Below, one piece after another: positions 25,101-39,300 of a stretch of 64,000 nt of DNA. The position numbers were made by a program, and so were the translations under genes. How positions within the stretch are numbered: the stretch's first letter is position 1; each line of letters starts with the position of its first letter. The DNA lies in assembly GCA_965637545.1 (NCBI GenBank), contig OZ281494.1, positions 1,240,001 through 1,304,000 of the forward strand, given 5' to 3'. The notes under the pieces are model-generated. The model searched no databases. It had not been told where the DNA came from and saw nothing but the letters and a program-made list of their open reading frames with translations. Origin of the DNA: Phallusia mammillata (taxonomy: Eukaryota).

Positions 25101-28100
25101 AGCCTCGTGGTATTCCAAGCTTTGGTGTTCAATGAACCAAACTGTTTTTGCCTGCCAAACTTGTTACGCTGGTCAGACTACATTTTGGTTTGTTATTTGT
25201 ACTTACCCTGTTTGTAATTAAAACAAACTGTCGTTGAACGATTCCACCGATGGTTATTTCAAGTTGTGTTCGAACTGTGAGGCCTGGCGACAATTTCCTT
25301 TCAGATTCAACGTCGGGCCAGTATTGCTCACACTTTGACTGATCGTAACAAAGATCACAACGTTAGTGCAAACTGTATGTTAATTTACGCTTGCTTGCAT
25401 TTCCGTATAATGGGTTAAACATATTTCATGTGGCATGATGTGGTAGTTGTAGTAACCAATCATAGCATTTTAAAAGTTATGTATATTACTCGATAATCAA
25501 GTATGGCTACGCTTTATCCTGATGACAATTTGGTCATTAATTACACCACAGTGTGTTACTCACTGAACACTTCCTTGATTTATCCACAGTGCCCTGGTGT
25601 TTTTGTTTTAATTTTTATTAGCGAAAAATGAAGGGGGTTAACCAACCTTTCCGTTTTCCCTCAAACCAGTGAGCATTACGATGATGTTGGAGTTTTCCTG
25701 CCAAACCATCAACCAGAAATCGTTGATTGTCTCCTTCTTCGGACCCTGAGTGGCGATGAACTTCCTCTCGTTATCGTAACCCGGTATATAAGCGGCGTTG
25801 ATGTAATCGTTTCCAACGCTTCCTTGCAAAACCACTCGAGCATGATCGTCTATTAAACAAACAAAACAAGAAGCTAACAGCCGAATATGTTTCCATAAGA
25901 TAATGTGATCTGAAATCTGTTAGTTTTTGGTTCAGATGGTGCCTGATTTTTTTCTTAACAATTACAGACAGTTGGTAGCATTAACAAAACATTTTTGCTG
26001 ATTAGCGTTTATTGTCATTGCTTTTCTTCTTCGGTGAAAAAAATACCCTTTTGTTCATTTACATTTTTTTACTTACAAGGAAAAATATTCTTGTACCGGT
26101 TTCTCACAGCGTTTTGCGGCAACTGCGACACGTCCCTTGTTCTCTCGTTGTTTTTGCTTTGGTTTTCGATTTTCTAGAACAGCAAATATCCCAATATGAA
26201 ATGGTTGAAATACTTTAGCAACATTTTGATGTTACATGTCAGTGGGGAAAAGTGGCACATGACTTGGTGTTAAAACTGATTCAAGTGACAACACAGTAAA
26301 AACTATATATCTGTAAATTTGTGTTATTTTTTGTGCTATATGAAAACGCCTGATTGCATCAATTATTATCCCCTTCTCGTACGATTTGGGGTCATCTGTC
26401 ATTCTATTGTTTGTGACGTTTCCTGGTTTCGATTGTGACGTAGAGTCTGTGTGTAAACCTTCCTGCTTCGGCTGCGTGAATTCGATTAACAAACTTTAAA
26501 CCAGTAACAAACCTTAAACTCGTCGGAGAAAAGAGATCCTGACTCAACGCTTTTCTTGTACAAGTCAAACAATTTGCTGACTCTGCAGTTGAACGCCGCG
26601 GTTTCAGAAAATGGGTGTTCGTGAACTTGGTTTTCAACTTGAGGCGCTGAAAAGTAAAAAATCAATAAATTTAGATTAAATTGCGCGACTTATACCGAGA
26701 AAACATTTTGGTAAAAGATCATCCTAGCCAAACAGTTTATTTCCTTTTTAGTAAAGTAACACAAACAAACAAAAATTGTGTCAAGTTTCACTAAAAGTTG
26801 TGGAATGCATTTCGGGATCGTATGATACTCCACATTTAAAGTTGACACATCAGTCTAGTACGATTTGTAGCCGGCCCTGATAGAAAAAGTGTGAATTAAA
26901 CCCCTTTCTGACGTCAATATGTATGTGTCAGTGAGAATAAAAAACATACGATTTTGACATCACCTAAAATTCCAAGTCTTAACGGTTGCTGAGCTCCCGC
27001 ATGACTCGGTTGATCCGTTCCAAGCCTATAAAGCACAATAGAACTTCAATTTCACTTTCATTGTGCATTACCCTCTCGACCAGCATGACTTAAGCGCAGG
27101 TTTTTCATTCATGCTATTTTGACAGGCTTTCAAACTTTTTATCCAATCACGAACTATTATGCACCTTCGGTTAAGTGTGAGTTTCGGGTATATATCAACA
27201 TCCCTATTAAGTCTGCAAGGGTCTACTAAAACATAGCCATGCACAAAGGGAATAAATTTCAGGAAGTACTGCAAACAAAAAAATGCACTTAAGGTCACAA
27301 TAGTTATGCATTTCATTGGCAAAATCTATTTGTGGTGATAAAAATCACCTCATCTCAAAATTTTCAAAGTCAATATTTACACATACATTCGGAAATTTTG
27401 AACTGCAGCAGATCGTCATTCGAAAAAATGACATTATTCATCACAAGCAATACCTGTGTTTTCGTCTTAAAAACATGATCACCAGCGCAACAATGACAAG
27501 CACCAAAAACAACAGCCCGATCACCAGACCAGCAATCATTCCAACACTCGTTGAAGTCGCATTTAGATTATCTAAACAAAACAGTTTGTTACACAAGGAG
27601 CACTGCTTTATAGGACTTGTGCAGCTGTAAGTGATCGAAGATGCAAAAACCTGTTTTGAAAATGGATGTGTGCTTACGACAACACTTTGTTACCATCCAA
27701 ATCAAATGTCACGAAGCCTTCTGTGTTTAGGAATACAATTTTACGACACATGAGTGAACTTACGATACACGCCTTTTACCTATGGAATAGCAGCTTTGAG
27801 GGGGATTACCGGGAGTTTTTACTGTCAGATTGGATGTGATGTTTGTGTTGATTGAACCACTGACAATCACTGTGACCTGGAATAAATAACAGGACAAATT
27901 TGTTTTGTTTAGTCAATATTGAAGCAGAAAGGGTGGGTTTGTTTGAAACAGTGCTTGGTGATACTTAATACGAACATTGAAAAACCTGCATCGTTATTAA
28001 TTGGAGTTTACAATTGCCGGAAGAAAGCTATGCGTCACAGTATCATCATGTGGCGTACTGAAAGGGTTTCGATATGCGTGTGGTTATCTAATTACAATTA

Positions 28101-31100
28101 AAACAACAAACACGTTAAGCGGATACACCACTTGCATTACTGCTTAGAATGTAATAAGATGGACTTATAGCCATTATTTTAAAAAATATGGTGAGCAAAC
28201 AGTCTTACTCATGTCTCGTATAAGCATGGAACTCACTTACGTGTATAATATTGACTGTAGAAGGCGCTAAACGTCGTACAGTTGCCGAATTGTCTGAATA
28301 CTTGACGTGGATTTTCTCCTTCAACGCAGGTGTGAAAACTTCAACCTGAGCACATTTAACTCAAGTATTGAAATTATTTTTTTATGAACTTTTACCCATA
28401 AATTGCGGATGATAAAGGTTTGTAACGAGGCAAAAATTCGAAAAGTTATAAAATGTTTGTTGAGACTCAAAAAATTGATGTGTTAACAGTAACACCTTCA
28501 CCTTTGCAATTAATCCGTTTTTGTTAATAAACTTGTCAAGTCCAGTCCAACTGACAACAACTGATGAGGCGTTGCATTCAAAAGTCGTTGCGTTGGTAAC
28601 AACTGTTGATGCACAGTCGCAAAATTGAAAAAAGAATGTCAAATTACCAATTTCAACCAAATAATGTATTTATTACCTGAAGGATAGCAACTCGGGTTAG
28701 GAAATGTTGTGAAGTCAAGTGTGAAGGAGACGTTAGATCTAACGCAACCAGAGAGAATTGCAGTGAGCTGTGAATTAAATGTTGTTTTAATAATTCTGCA
28801 CAATTTCCGCCTATTACGCTGTTGGACTACTTCGTGTTGTTGCTGTTTTAGTTTATGTCGATGGTTACCATTATCCTGTCATGTATAATAGAAATGTTTC
28901 AATTTTTGACATAAATACCTTTAATTGATATTTTGTTTTAAAACTTAGGTTTCCAATTGTGGTCGATCCATCTAAATACGGTGTTGTATGTCTTTCGTTC
29001 AGTACCAAAACATGGATTTCAACCTACGTACAACACATTTCTCAATCTATACAAAATTAACCTGCTTTGGATAAATGTTACCACTGCTCTGAGATTATGT
29101 TTGTTGATGAATTGATCGAGTCCAGTCCACCTGACCACCACAGCTGAAGCGTTGCTTGCATCTCTCTTCACTGTAGCTTTGACTAAAAGTGAAATAACAA
29201 GTTTAATTAAAATGCAGCAGCCGATTTGCACTGTATGTTTAACTTGTTTTTATTGCTTGGAAGCAACAGGAATATTCATCCACTATGTCTGTCAATTTTT
29301 CTACCGCATTTACTTAACACTGCCTTAGATTCTAAGTCACGTGCTGTGATGTTCAATACTATAGTTGTATAGTTGGCTATTTTGTTATTTGGCAACAATT
29401 GCTGGCTAGACAAACGACGAAATTGGAACGCGAATTAAATCATAACCAAGGGATGGAGAAGTAATATGGGCATGACTGTAAACCGCCATCGCACAGCTTT
29501 GAGGCCTAATTTCACAGTATTTGTCTGCAACTTTTGTATCGATAATATTACCTAGCTATAAATAGTTAGTTGCTGGACTTAACCCGGTGCCAAACGGTGC
29601 CACGAATCTCATAAAGTTAAGGTTAGGGTAAAAAAATGACATAATGATCAATAGCCATATGATAAAGCAGCGGGTGATAACTGACGTATGATCAAATTTC
29701 GTATGACAGCTGGTGATGAAATTTCGAGTGTGATAAAACGTTACTCAACCGTGCTAAACAAACCTAAAACGTCCTGTATAAGGCATTGCCAATTTTTGCC
29801 CATCATGTATGCCTTCTCTGTTATACTTTTCAGTCGTACTTATTGTAGGAATGCCATGTATGGACCTGTCAAACAAACTTTCGGGTTTTAACCGGCTTTT
29901 CAAAAAGCGACTCGGCTTCGGGCCTCCATCTTTGGGTTTGGGGTCAAATTCTAGGCGCCCAAAAAACTCTGTGGCCTCAAATGTAGACAAACTGTGGGGT
30001 AAACAACTTTCCGAACCGTGGCTTGCAATTAAATGCATACGATGTTCAATTTGTTTTTCCTATTATTAACTTGCGCTAAATTCCAGCCAACCAACTTGCA
30101 ATATGACTCACAAGCGTAGTAGGCCTTTCTTTTGCATTTTATGGTTGATTGTATGTGCATTGTTTATTTTGAGATAAATATTCTTGTCTTATAATTACTC
30201 ACGTTTCACTTGGCAAGCGTAGTAAGCCACTTCCCCATTGCAGTTCATGCTTGACTGCTCCCATCCGATCCCATAATGCAATGCTCCCTGCTGACAAGTT
30301 GTAACGCTGGAAACAGGAAAGTTTGCCAGAGATCCGTCGCTCCAATACCAACCATGCAACGATGTGTTGTAACGAGCTCCAATAATGACATTTATATCTT
30401 TGGACATAAAAGTTACAACAGATTCCAATATTACAAAGAAATATCGCTAATATTTTGTTGTTAAAAATCAAGAGAAACAAACCTGGTGCTCGGAATGTTC
30501 CTTTTAATTTTGTGAAGTTTTTGTATGTCTTATTCACACTTCGTAGTTTGTATGCATTTCGTTTACCAAAATAAATAAAAATTCTTTTTTGGCGTTTTCT
30601 GGCATTGCTAGCAAATAATGTATATCGTGACGTCCACCCTACAAACCGGCATTCATTAACAAAAGTCGGTGTTAGTAATATGTTAGGTATTTTATCCAGT
30701 ATTTTGTTCTAACCAACGTTCCTTATTAATTAGCTTTTTAATTGTAGCGGCCGGTAAAGTTAAGTCCATAGTAGCTTTCAAATGATTGTAGTTGCTAATT
30801 AAAAAAGTTAAAGAATTGAAACGCAATATATTAATGTACAAACTAGCTGCTGAACACAAACCGTTCCAATTTCCGTCTTTACCTTTGCCTTCACAAGTTT
30901 TTTTGACAGTTACTCTCCACTTGTAATCAGGTCTATTTCTCCATGCATCACAAAAAAAGATAGTTTTACTTTTGTTTTGCTGATTGCTAAAAAAATGTAA
31001 AACACAATTCGCAAAAGTGAACGTTAATTTCAACAAAAACTAATCACTCTCTCTAAATTAGTTTTGTTGTTGACTATTAGTGGTTCGTAAATATTAGATG

Positions 31101-31824
31101 TTATTACCTTTTATACAAGTCAAAATACCACAGATGTCCGAGAGATTTTGTACTTTTCCAAGTGCCATTTTCAACGGGGCTTTTCGAGTATTTGTATTGT
31201 TGATAATCAGGTTTGTAAAAAACATAAACACGTTGCAAATCTGAAACAATTCTTAAAAATTGCATGATATTCATCCAAAAATTAATATTTTGCAAACACC
31301 GAAATTATTTTCGTGTTTTCAATTTCTTGTTTCCATCTTAACCTGTTGTGTATTTGTCTGTCAATAGTTGAGTGAGAGTTGTGTTAATCTGTGGGTCATC
31401 AGTCATTGCAAGATTTCCACCCAGCGATCCACATTTTTTCTGTGCATTGTTTGCATTCCTTTCATCGTCAGATAATATCAAGACACTGTCCTTCACTGCT
31501 TGAAAAGTTTTTCTGCAACCTGTAATATTTTTTTTTTGCTTTAATTTGACCAGAAAATTTGAAAAAGCTGATCAATTTGCTTTTACGAGATTCTGAATGA
31601 ATATTGATTGTCACTTTAAATATAATTGCTACTAAATTCAAGATAAAAGTCACAATGGTTAAAACCGAGGACCGTTTTCACTTGACAATCTGTTATCCCG
31701 GATTCCAAATACAAGAACAAAAAACAAAAACTTTTCATTATTGGAAATAGTGGTACTTACTGTTTGTTTGTCCCTTTGAATAATAAACCAATAGCAATAT
31801 TATGAAAATATTGCTTCCTGTCAT
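22128..31824 (-). CDS. PTP-3: full-length receptor PTP, same architecture as PTP-2
   Basis: Signal exon 31824-31761 ([21 protein letters not shown]). CTL N-half ~31519-31343; insert exons ~31240-30483; CTL C-half ~30397-30204. Two FN3-like modules ~29183-27780. TM exon 27571-~27454. [25 protein letters not shown]2 [10 protein letters not shown], ends FDTYSNFK*. Introns and 3' flank resemble those of PTP-1. Confidence 0.92.
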
Positions 31825-34800
31825 ATTGTAGACTGTTTAAGCTAAGGCAGTTTGTACATTTCTGCTCGTTTTATTGTTTGATCGTTTTTTGTGCAAAAAT
31901 TTCTTGCAAATAAGAATTTAATTGAATTCAGTAACACAAACGGTTCTAAGTCGTCCAAGTAGATAAATATTGCTAAAACTTATAAGTCGAACGCTGCCGA
32001 AAAATGCAGCATAAACGTAGACAATTACTTTAGAATATAGTAACTGAAACTGGTCCTATTGTTTTCATCTTGGTTGGTGGTAATTTGTCTACTGCAACTA
32101 CGTCCTGTCAAAATCAAAGCGCGAATCTATGAGCTTCCCCAAACCGATCCACTAACGTATCTGTCATCTCGATGCTGTGAGTCCTGTTGCGTTGTCTTTC
32201 AAATAAGCTTCTTCCTTCTATTGTTTACGTCGAACGGACTGATGTATCAGAATGCGGAAGTGTTTTTAACTTCGTCTACATATGTTGGGTAAATATGAAC
32301 ATCGCACTAAAAGCAACAGGTCATACGAGTCTACTGCATTGTTTTGAATGATGGGCAGTTAAATTTAGCACTGTTCACTCGTGTCAGTTTCGATTTATTA
32401 AAAACAATAATATGTAACGACACTTCTACATAATGTGCCCTCAATTTTTTTTTTAAATAAAAAATACGCCTTTTGTGAACAGGTCGTGCGATAAATTTCG
32501 TGCTATGGAAACTAAGAGCTAAGAACACTGCAAAAACACAATGTCTACTAACCTCTGTGTTTTAAACATTACTTCCTTGGCCTGACTTTCCTCTGCACTA
32601 TACTGTGTACCGAAGGCTGCAACTATACTGTGTACCGTCTTCCAGTGCGGCTACAACAAAACGGAATAGTTAAACACCAGGACATCAGAAATAAAACTCT
32701 TTACTGCCACCGTACGTGAACAACATTACCGAACAACACCAGAAAATGAATCAATCAGCAACGTACAACGCTAACGCAGTTTAGGAAAACGAAAATATCT
32801 GAATATTAATAAAATAATATGTTAGAACGAACCACAGAATTTTCGCCACCTAAAATAAACATGTAAAATTCAACTGCTTGTTACTTTGGCTGTTAACATT
32901 TTCATTTGAACGATTGTACCACTTTTCAAATCAGTCCGTCACAATAAGAAAACAAACTTTCGGGTGACGAAAAGCGCAATGTTTTTAATAGCTTTTGAAC
33001 AACGTTAAAACAACTTTAAACAGACTGTACAGTTTATCAGATAAAAAAAATTAGTTTTGTTGGGAGACTTGAAAAACTTTGTGTGTAACCACACTCTTGT
33101 ACAAATTGTTCCTTTGTGACGTAAAACAACGTCCTATTGTGTAATTGGTTGACAAAATCACGTGAGTATGTATTTGAATATGATAGGCTAATCAGTTGCG
33201 ATTTATTATCACAGCTGCCCATGTAAGACTGATCGATAATTTATGGATAAAACAAACTTGGGGTAGAGATAAATTTCTGATTGGGCAGAGGACAGTTATT
33301 GCCTTGTAACATACAATTGATTTTCTAATGCAAAGTTGATCAATAGTAAGAGGATAAAAACATATTTGCAAAAATGGAACTATTTCATTGGTGGTTGTCA
33401 ATATCTGTTTCATTGATTTTATTATCAGGTATATGATCACTCATTTACACTCAAAGAAAGCAACTCATTATCATTCCATTATTCACAGCGTTAAATCGAC
33501 ATTAACATTTTTTTGCCGTACGTGCCGTTTCGTGCGTTTTTTGATATGTAGTAAATAGACAGAAACAAATGTAACACCGAGTGCAGCTTTTTGTCAATCA
33601 AATTAATTGCAAACGCAAACTTCGTGTTTCCCATGTATAAGGCCTTCATGTGAACTATAATAGTGGAAGTCGTTGACTCAAATAACACAATGTACAAAGC
33701 AATTACGGAAACAATCATTCAGACTGCAAGCCACCCGTTGCATAAAGGGCTTAATGCCAAGGGAGTTGGTTCCTAATATATTTTGTTTAATAACAAAATT
33801 TGGGACATTACTAATTTACGGAAAACGGAAATGACGGAAACGAAAGAAACCACATGCTAATTTACGGAATACGGAAAAGACGAAAATTACGGAAATAAAT
33901 CAAATCTAATTTACGGAAATAGGAAATAATTTCCAACTGGCGGAAATCGACAGAGGTCATTCTCTATGTAGAGCCAATACACAGTACACACCCCACCGCT
34001 AACCAATAATTTAGCTAATTTTTGAACGGTGGCGCCAAGAGCATTTTAGCCATTTCAAACGGTATATCTCTAAAATGCTCACGGTTAGGGCTATTAGGGT
34101 AGGGGTAGGGTATTAGCACTCAAAATTCAATAAAACGAAACATCATAACTTTTGAACAGATCCTTATGTAGTTTTACAAAATTTACCAATCTTGCACATT
34201 GCCCCAACAAAAACGCATCTGAGGTAAAGAGTATTATTTGGAAGAAACGAAGTTGTCATGTACCAAAAAATGGTGTTTTTTTGTTCCATAATAAGATATG
34301 TCAACGTCAAACGCACATAAAATCCGAAGTGTGACTGTTACGTTTTCTAACTGCTTGTAAGTAAGTTTTATAACATATCGTTCTTTGTTGGTCATCCAAA
34401 GTTTTACTGGGTTAAAATATTTCACTTAATCAAAGTCATCGAAAATTTACTCATTTAAATTATTTTACTCTCAAGTCAGACAAAAGATTAACTGCATATT
34501 TTTTTCTTCTATTTAAACCTTGTAAGTAGTGCAGATTAGATGGCATTGGCGAAAAGTTGGTGCAAATTTAGGTTCACAATCCTCTGCGACGTTTTGCAGA
34601 AAGAGTATCGAACTTTATGTCGAAATAAGTCGTATTTAAAGTAATCAGATGTACTAAGATGTAGGAAGTTTGTACACATTTTAGCAACGATTGTCAAAAC
34701 ATTGTTTCTCAAATAATAAAAAGGCCGGGACTAAAATGTGGTACAACTGGAATAATACATTTCCGGTTGTTTTGCTTTTAACAAGAACGTTCATTGTTGC

Positions 34801-36325
34801 GAAGCAGAACAGTGAGTTCTCCCTGAAAATTCCTTAAAATAAACAATAAGCAAAACAAGATTTGGGCTTTTATGTGATCTGTTACTTATTATTGGATGCG
34901 TACCTTTAATAAGTTGTTGATAAAAATCGAATATTTTGTGACCTTTACATTGGCCAAAACAACTATATGTGGTACCATTTTAGCTTTAAATACTGATTTT
35001 TTTTAACCCCAACAAGTTTTGCATTATTCAAACAAATATCGGTATCTATTCAAACTGTACAGAAAACGCGCAAGCTTTCACTATCAGGTTGCTACAAAAA
35101 CACGCAAGCAGTGGAGGACATACAAGGCAAGCAACGGTGCTTGTGATTCGATTTTGGACGCATACACCACTAAGCCTGTGTAGACGTATGAGAAAAAAAA
35201 ATATTCGTCTCCTTACCCAAACAAAATTACGACGGGGATTTTTTTCTCTGAATTTCGCGCCAGTGTTTTTTTCGATATTCACACATATAGAAAACAATAT
35301 AAACTAGAAGAGAACGATTTGAAGATACCCATGCGACAATCAATACACAGAAAACAAACAAACAAATTCTCTAGCAGCCGTTGGACAAACTATAGATCCA
35401 GACTAGAAGAAATCAAAAAGATTGATGTAAATCACGATGCAGCACTGTTACATTACTATAGACTAAACACTGTTTTGTTTGTTTCTAAGTTCAACAGTTA
35501 GTTGTAGTTTTTTAACCCCAAAGATCAGGGCGAATGCAAGGCTCAGTGACATAAAATTACACAGGACATAGTCATAGAAAAAAATGCATTGGTTTTACTC
35601 ATGTGTTCACTTATATGGCTGTTTATTGACGCCTGTCACCTTCCTCGCCTTTACTGTTTGCAACAAGTTTAATACAATCCCGTCTAGATTTTTTTTGTTG
35701 GCTACAAGACCATTTATTTCAAAAATCAGTTACATTAGTTTTGTTTCCAATTAAACCTTTTTTAGGAGTTAGATAAAAAGCAGAAAATGCAGAAGCCGCT
35801 TCTCTTTAAAGAATTGAAAATGTGAATGTTTGAATTTCTGACTCTTCCAAAAACAAACAAGAAATATGTTAAGACATTACATTCACTTCAAAGGTGTTCT
35901 AGTTAAGTAACAATTGCTTAACATTTAATTGAATTGATATTTTTACATTTTACATTGTTAAACAGCATCGCAAAGCATAAACAACTGATTTAAATTTCTC
36001 TCATTTGTCAACAAGATATAGTCGGTTGGCAATTGCTACGTTCGATTGTTGTAGGTTCGCCGCTGGGTGCCGCAATATCCTTATCTTATCCTTACCTTTA
36101 TCCTTACCTTTTTTTCTAAAGCCAAAAAAGGCTGGAAGCCACGGATTGGGCTTTTCTGTTAGAGTGCTGGCATTTGTCATTACATAAGTTAAGAGAATAC
36201 ATTTAGATTAGACAATTTGTTGCTCAAACATTTGCTGTGCAAGTATTCAGACAACGCTTAATTGCAACCAGGAATAGTTTTGTTGGGAAGCTTTTGTTTC
36301 TCGGCGGCAAGAATAAAACAGTGAG

Positions 36326-39300
36326 ATGACAAAAAATATTCTAGGCAAGGTTTTGGTTACTTTGTTGCTAGTTTATGCCACAAGTAAGTAAAAACAGAAC
36401 GTAAATTACCCCATGTTATGAAAACATTACGTAGCTATATGGTTTTATCCACCAACAGAACAATGTACAAATTAATTTGTTAGTCATTAGTATACTATTG
36501 GATAAGTTATAGAGTCCAACATAATGCTTTCACACAATCACCTAACATAATGATTAAAATTAAATTTGACGTGTTCAGGTAGCGCAAATACTTTGAAAGC
36601 AGTGAAGGACAGTGTGTTGATTTTATCTGACGATCTTGTGGATGCAAACACTGCACAGGAGAAATGTTCTTTGCTGGGTGGAAATCTTGCAATGACTGAT
36701 CACCCACAGATCAACGCTACTCTCACTCAACTCATGACAGACAAATACACAACAGGTTTCGGTTGAGGGAATACAATGACATTAGGAACATGACAGTTAA
36801 TTTAAAACGAATGCTAAACAAACTTCTATCAACTTTTGATTCAAATTCAAATTGATTCAAATCATTGTTGCAAAACAATCAACAATTTTTGTAGTTGACA
36901 TGGCTGTACGGTCCGTTCCTTAAGATAATTCAAAACCCAGTGTATAAACCCTAGGCCAAACAGAATCCACCGTACTTGTACACAGTATTTCACAGAATAT
37001 ATATTTCGCCAAAAAGTTTTGGCATCGTCAGGGTTTTGAATTGTATTGATGTAAGAACAGTAATCACCGGAAAATTGCTACTGTGGGTGGATTCAAGTTC
37101 AAACTAGATTTTATATTCCTTAAGATAATACTGCAATGTAGACAAAGCGATACTAAATTGTTTCAGATTTGCAGCGAGTTTATATATTTTACCGCACAAA
37201 TGAAAATGAACGATACAAATACTCAAATAACTCGATTGAAGAGGGTTGGACCAGTACGAAATCTCTTGGACATCTGTGGTATTTTGACTTGTACAAAAGG
37301 TGACGGCTTTTGACGCAAATAAATGCGTAACCGTAAAACACTCGTTTTATTCAACAGCAATCCTAAAAACTTGGGCCAACCAATTTACTTCTGCAATTAC
37401 GGAAGAGGAAACATGGACTTGGAGAAGTGGCTTGTGAACATCGGAACAACTTGTCAAGGTCCCAGATTTAAGCTTTACTTCGAATGGCAACGTTTAATGG
37501 AGCCACACAGTTTTGCTAAAAAATATTGCCTCGATAACATTTTCTAATGTACAAAAAAACGTTTTAATTGCTAATTTGTTTTAATTGCTATTTTTTTATG
37601 TTTTTGTTGCTCTAAAGTTTGGTTTAAACTGGCACACCAACTACAGGATTAGAAAAGTAACGAAACATCGAGAAAAAGAACTAAATTTCACAAACAACTA
37701 ACCGATAAAATTCGTTTGCACCTTTTGGCTACAACTGGGTGTTGTCCACAACTGTTCATCCGCAACCCAACCGCAAAATACGTTACGTGCCGTTTTTACA
37801 CACGACGTGAATTGTTTCGTTGTGTTGGCATTCGATATTAGGACATGCGCAAACAAACAGCTCCAAAACCATTATTTTCTTTTTTGTTGTTTGTCATTCC
37901 GTTTCAACTAACTTTATATTTTTTCCTTGTAAGTCGAAAACAAGTCTTTTACAAAGGGCACGGATGGACATTTCGGTATTCCTTGTTTTCCGACAAGGAC
38001 ACAAGCAAACGTCAGACATTTATCTATAAAAGCGGTGGGCACCCATATTCAAGCAAGTTGCGAAGTGTCAATGATACGTTTGACAGATTCGACCAATATA
38101 GAGGATCGTTTGTGGTACCAAGTGAGCGTTAGGTTTTAAAAGACAACAAATGGTAAAGTTGTATTAATACCATTTTCGAATTTAATTCCAGCCTTTAACG
38201 TTTTGATCGGAGCTCGTTACAACACGTCGTTGAATGGTTGGTTTTGGAGCGACGGATCTCAAGCAAACTTTCCTGTTTCTGACGTCACAACTTGCCAGCA
38301 GGGAGCGTTGCATTATGGGATCGGATGGGAGCAGTCAAGCATGAACTGCAGTGGGAAACCGGCTTACTACGCTTGCCAAGTGAAACGTGAGTAATATTCA
38401 TTAGCTCATCGATTTTAAGGCACTGTTAATTTAGACAGTGACTATTTGTAGTTGTAACAACCGTGGAAACATTCCGATGCAACTCTTCAACTGTGCTTGT
38501 TAGATGGACTGATCAAATCAGCAGCCTAAATGGTCTTAACGCTGAGGTAAAGTTTGTTGAGCAATACTCGAGGAATTCAAATCATTTTACTGTGACAAGT
38601 CTGTTTGTCTTTTGATACCAGGTGGAAATATATGTTTTGGAAAAAAATTCTAGAACATTCGCCATGTACACCGATCTATCTACTAATGTTGGAAACCTTG
38701 ATTACCAAACCCTATACAACATCCAGGTAAAAAGTGCCCGCGAACAGATTGATTTTCCTTTATGCATTGTTTCTATTGATGCAACATAAGGTACCTGAAT
38801 TGATAGGCCTGCGTTAATAAAAAGAGAAAATTAAGAAAACTTTTGTGTTATTTTTTTTTGTTAGAGAGATGGAAGTTCCAGTAACTGAATAAGTTTTTGT
38901 TAGTAGTTTATTTGGACCAAAGCAAAGTAGAAAATATTTTAATTGGTTTGTAGACTTTCTACACTTAGAACCAAGTTTAAGTTTTTTGATCAGTCACCTT
39001 ACACAAATCAAACTAAATTTTCTCGAAGTTCAATGAATGTTTCACCAAGCCGAGTAATTCATAAAAGTTTTTTTAGTTATTTACCAAAAACTGTAAGATT
39101 CTTATGTCGTAATGTTTTTAAAAACTTGATAGTAACTAAAAAATACCTACATGTTTCAGGTAACTGTGATGCTTGGTGGTGCGCTGAGTGCCAACCTCAC
39201 TTTTAATCATTCGATATCCACTTTTGGGAATCCGCCATTAAATTGCTTTCCTCAAGGTAAAAATTTTGATCAAGTTTCGACAAATACATAACTTTTTTTC

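Noticed and set aside
33810-34115. Repeated taatttacggaa motifs and ttaggg-like run between PTP-3 and aGPCR-A
   Set aside because: Irregular spacing, not CRISPR-like or telomeric; probably part of a non-autonomous TE whose ends I could not define.
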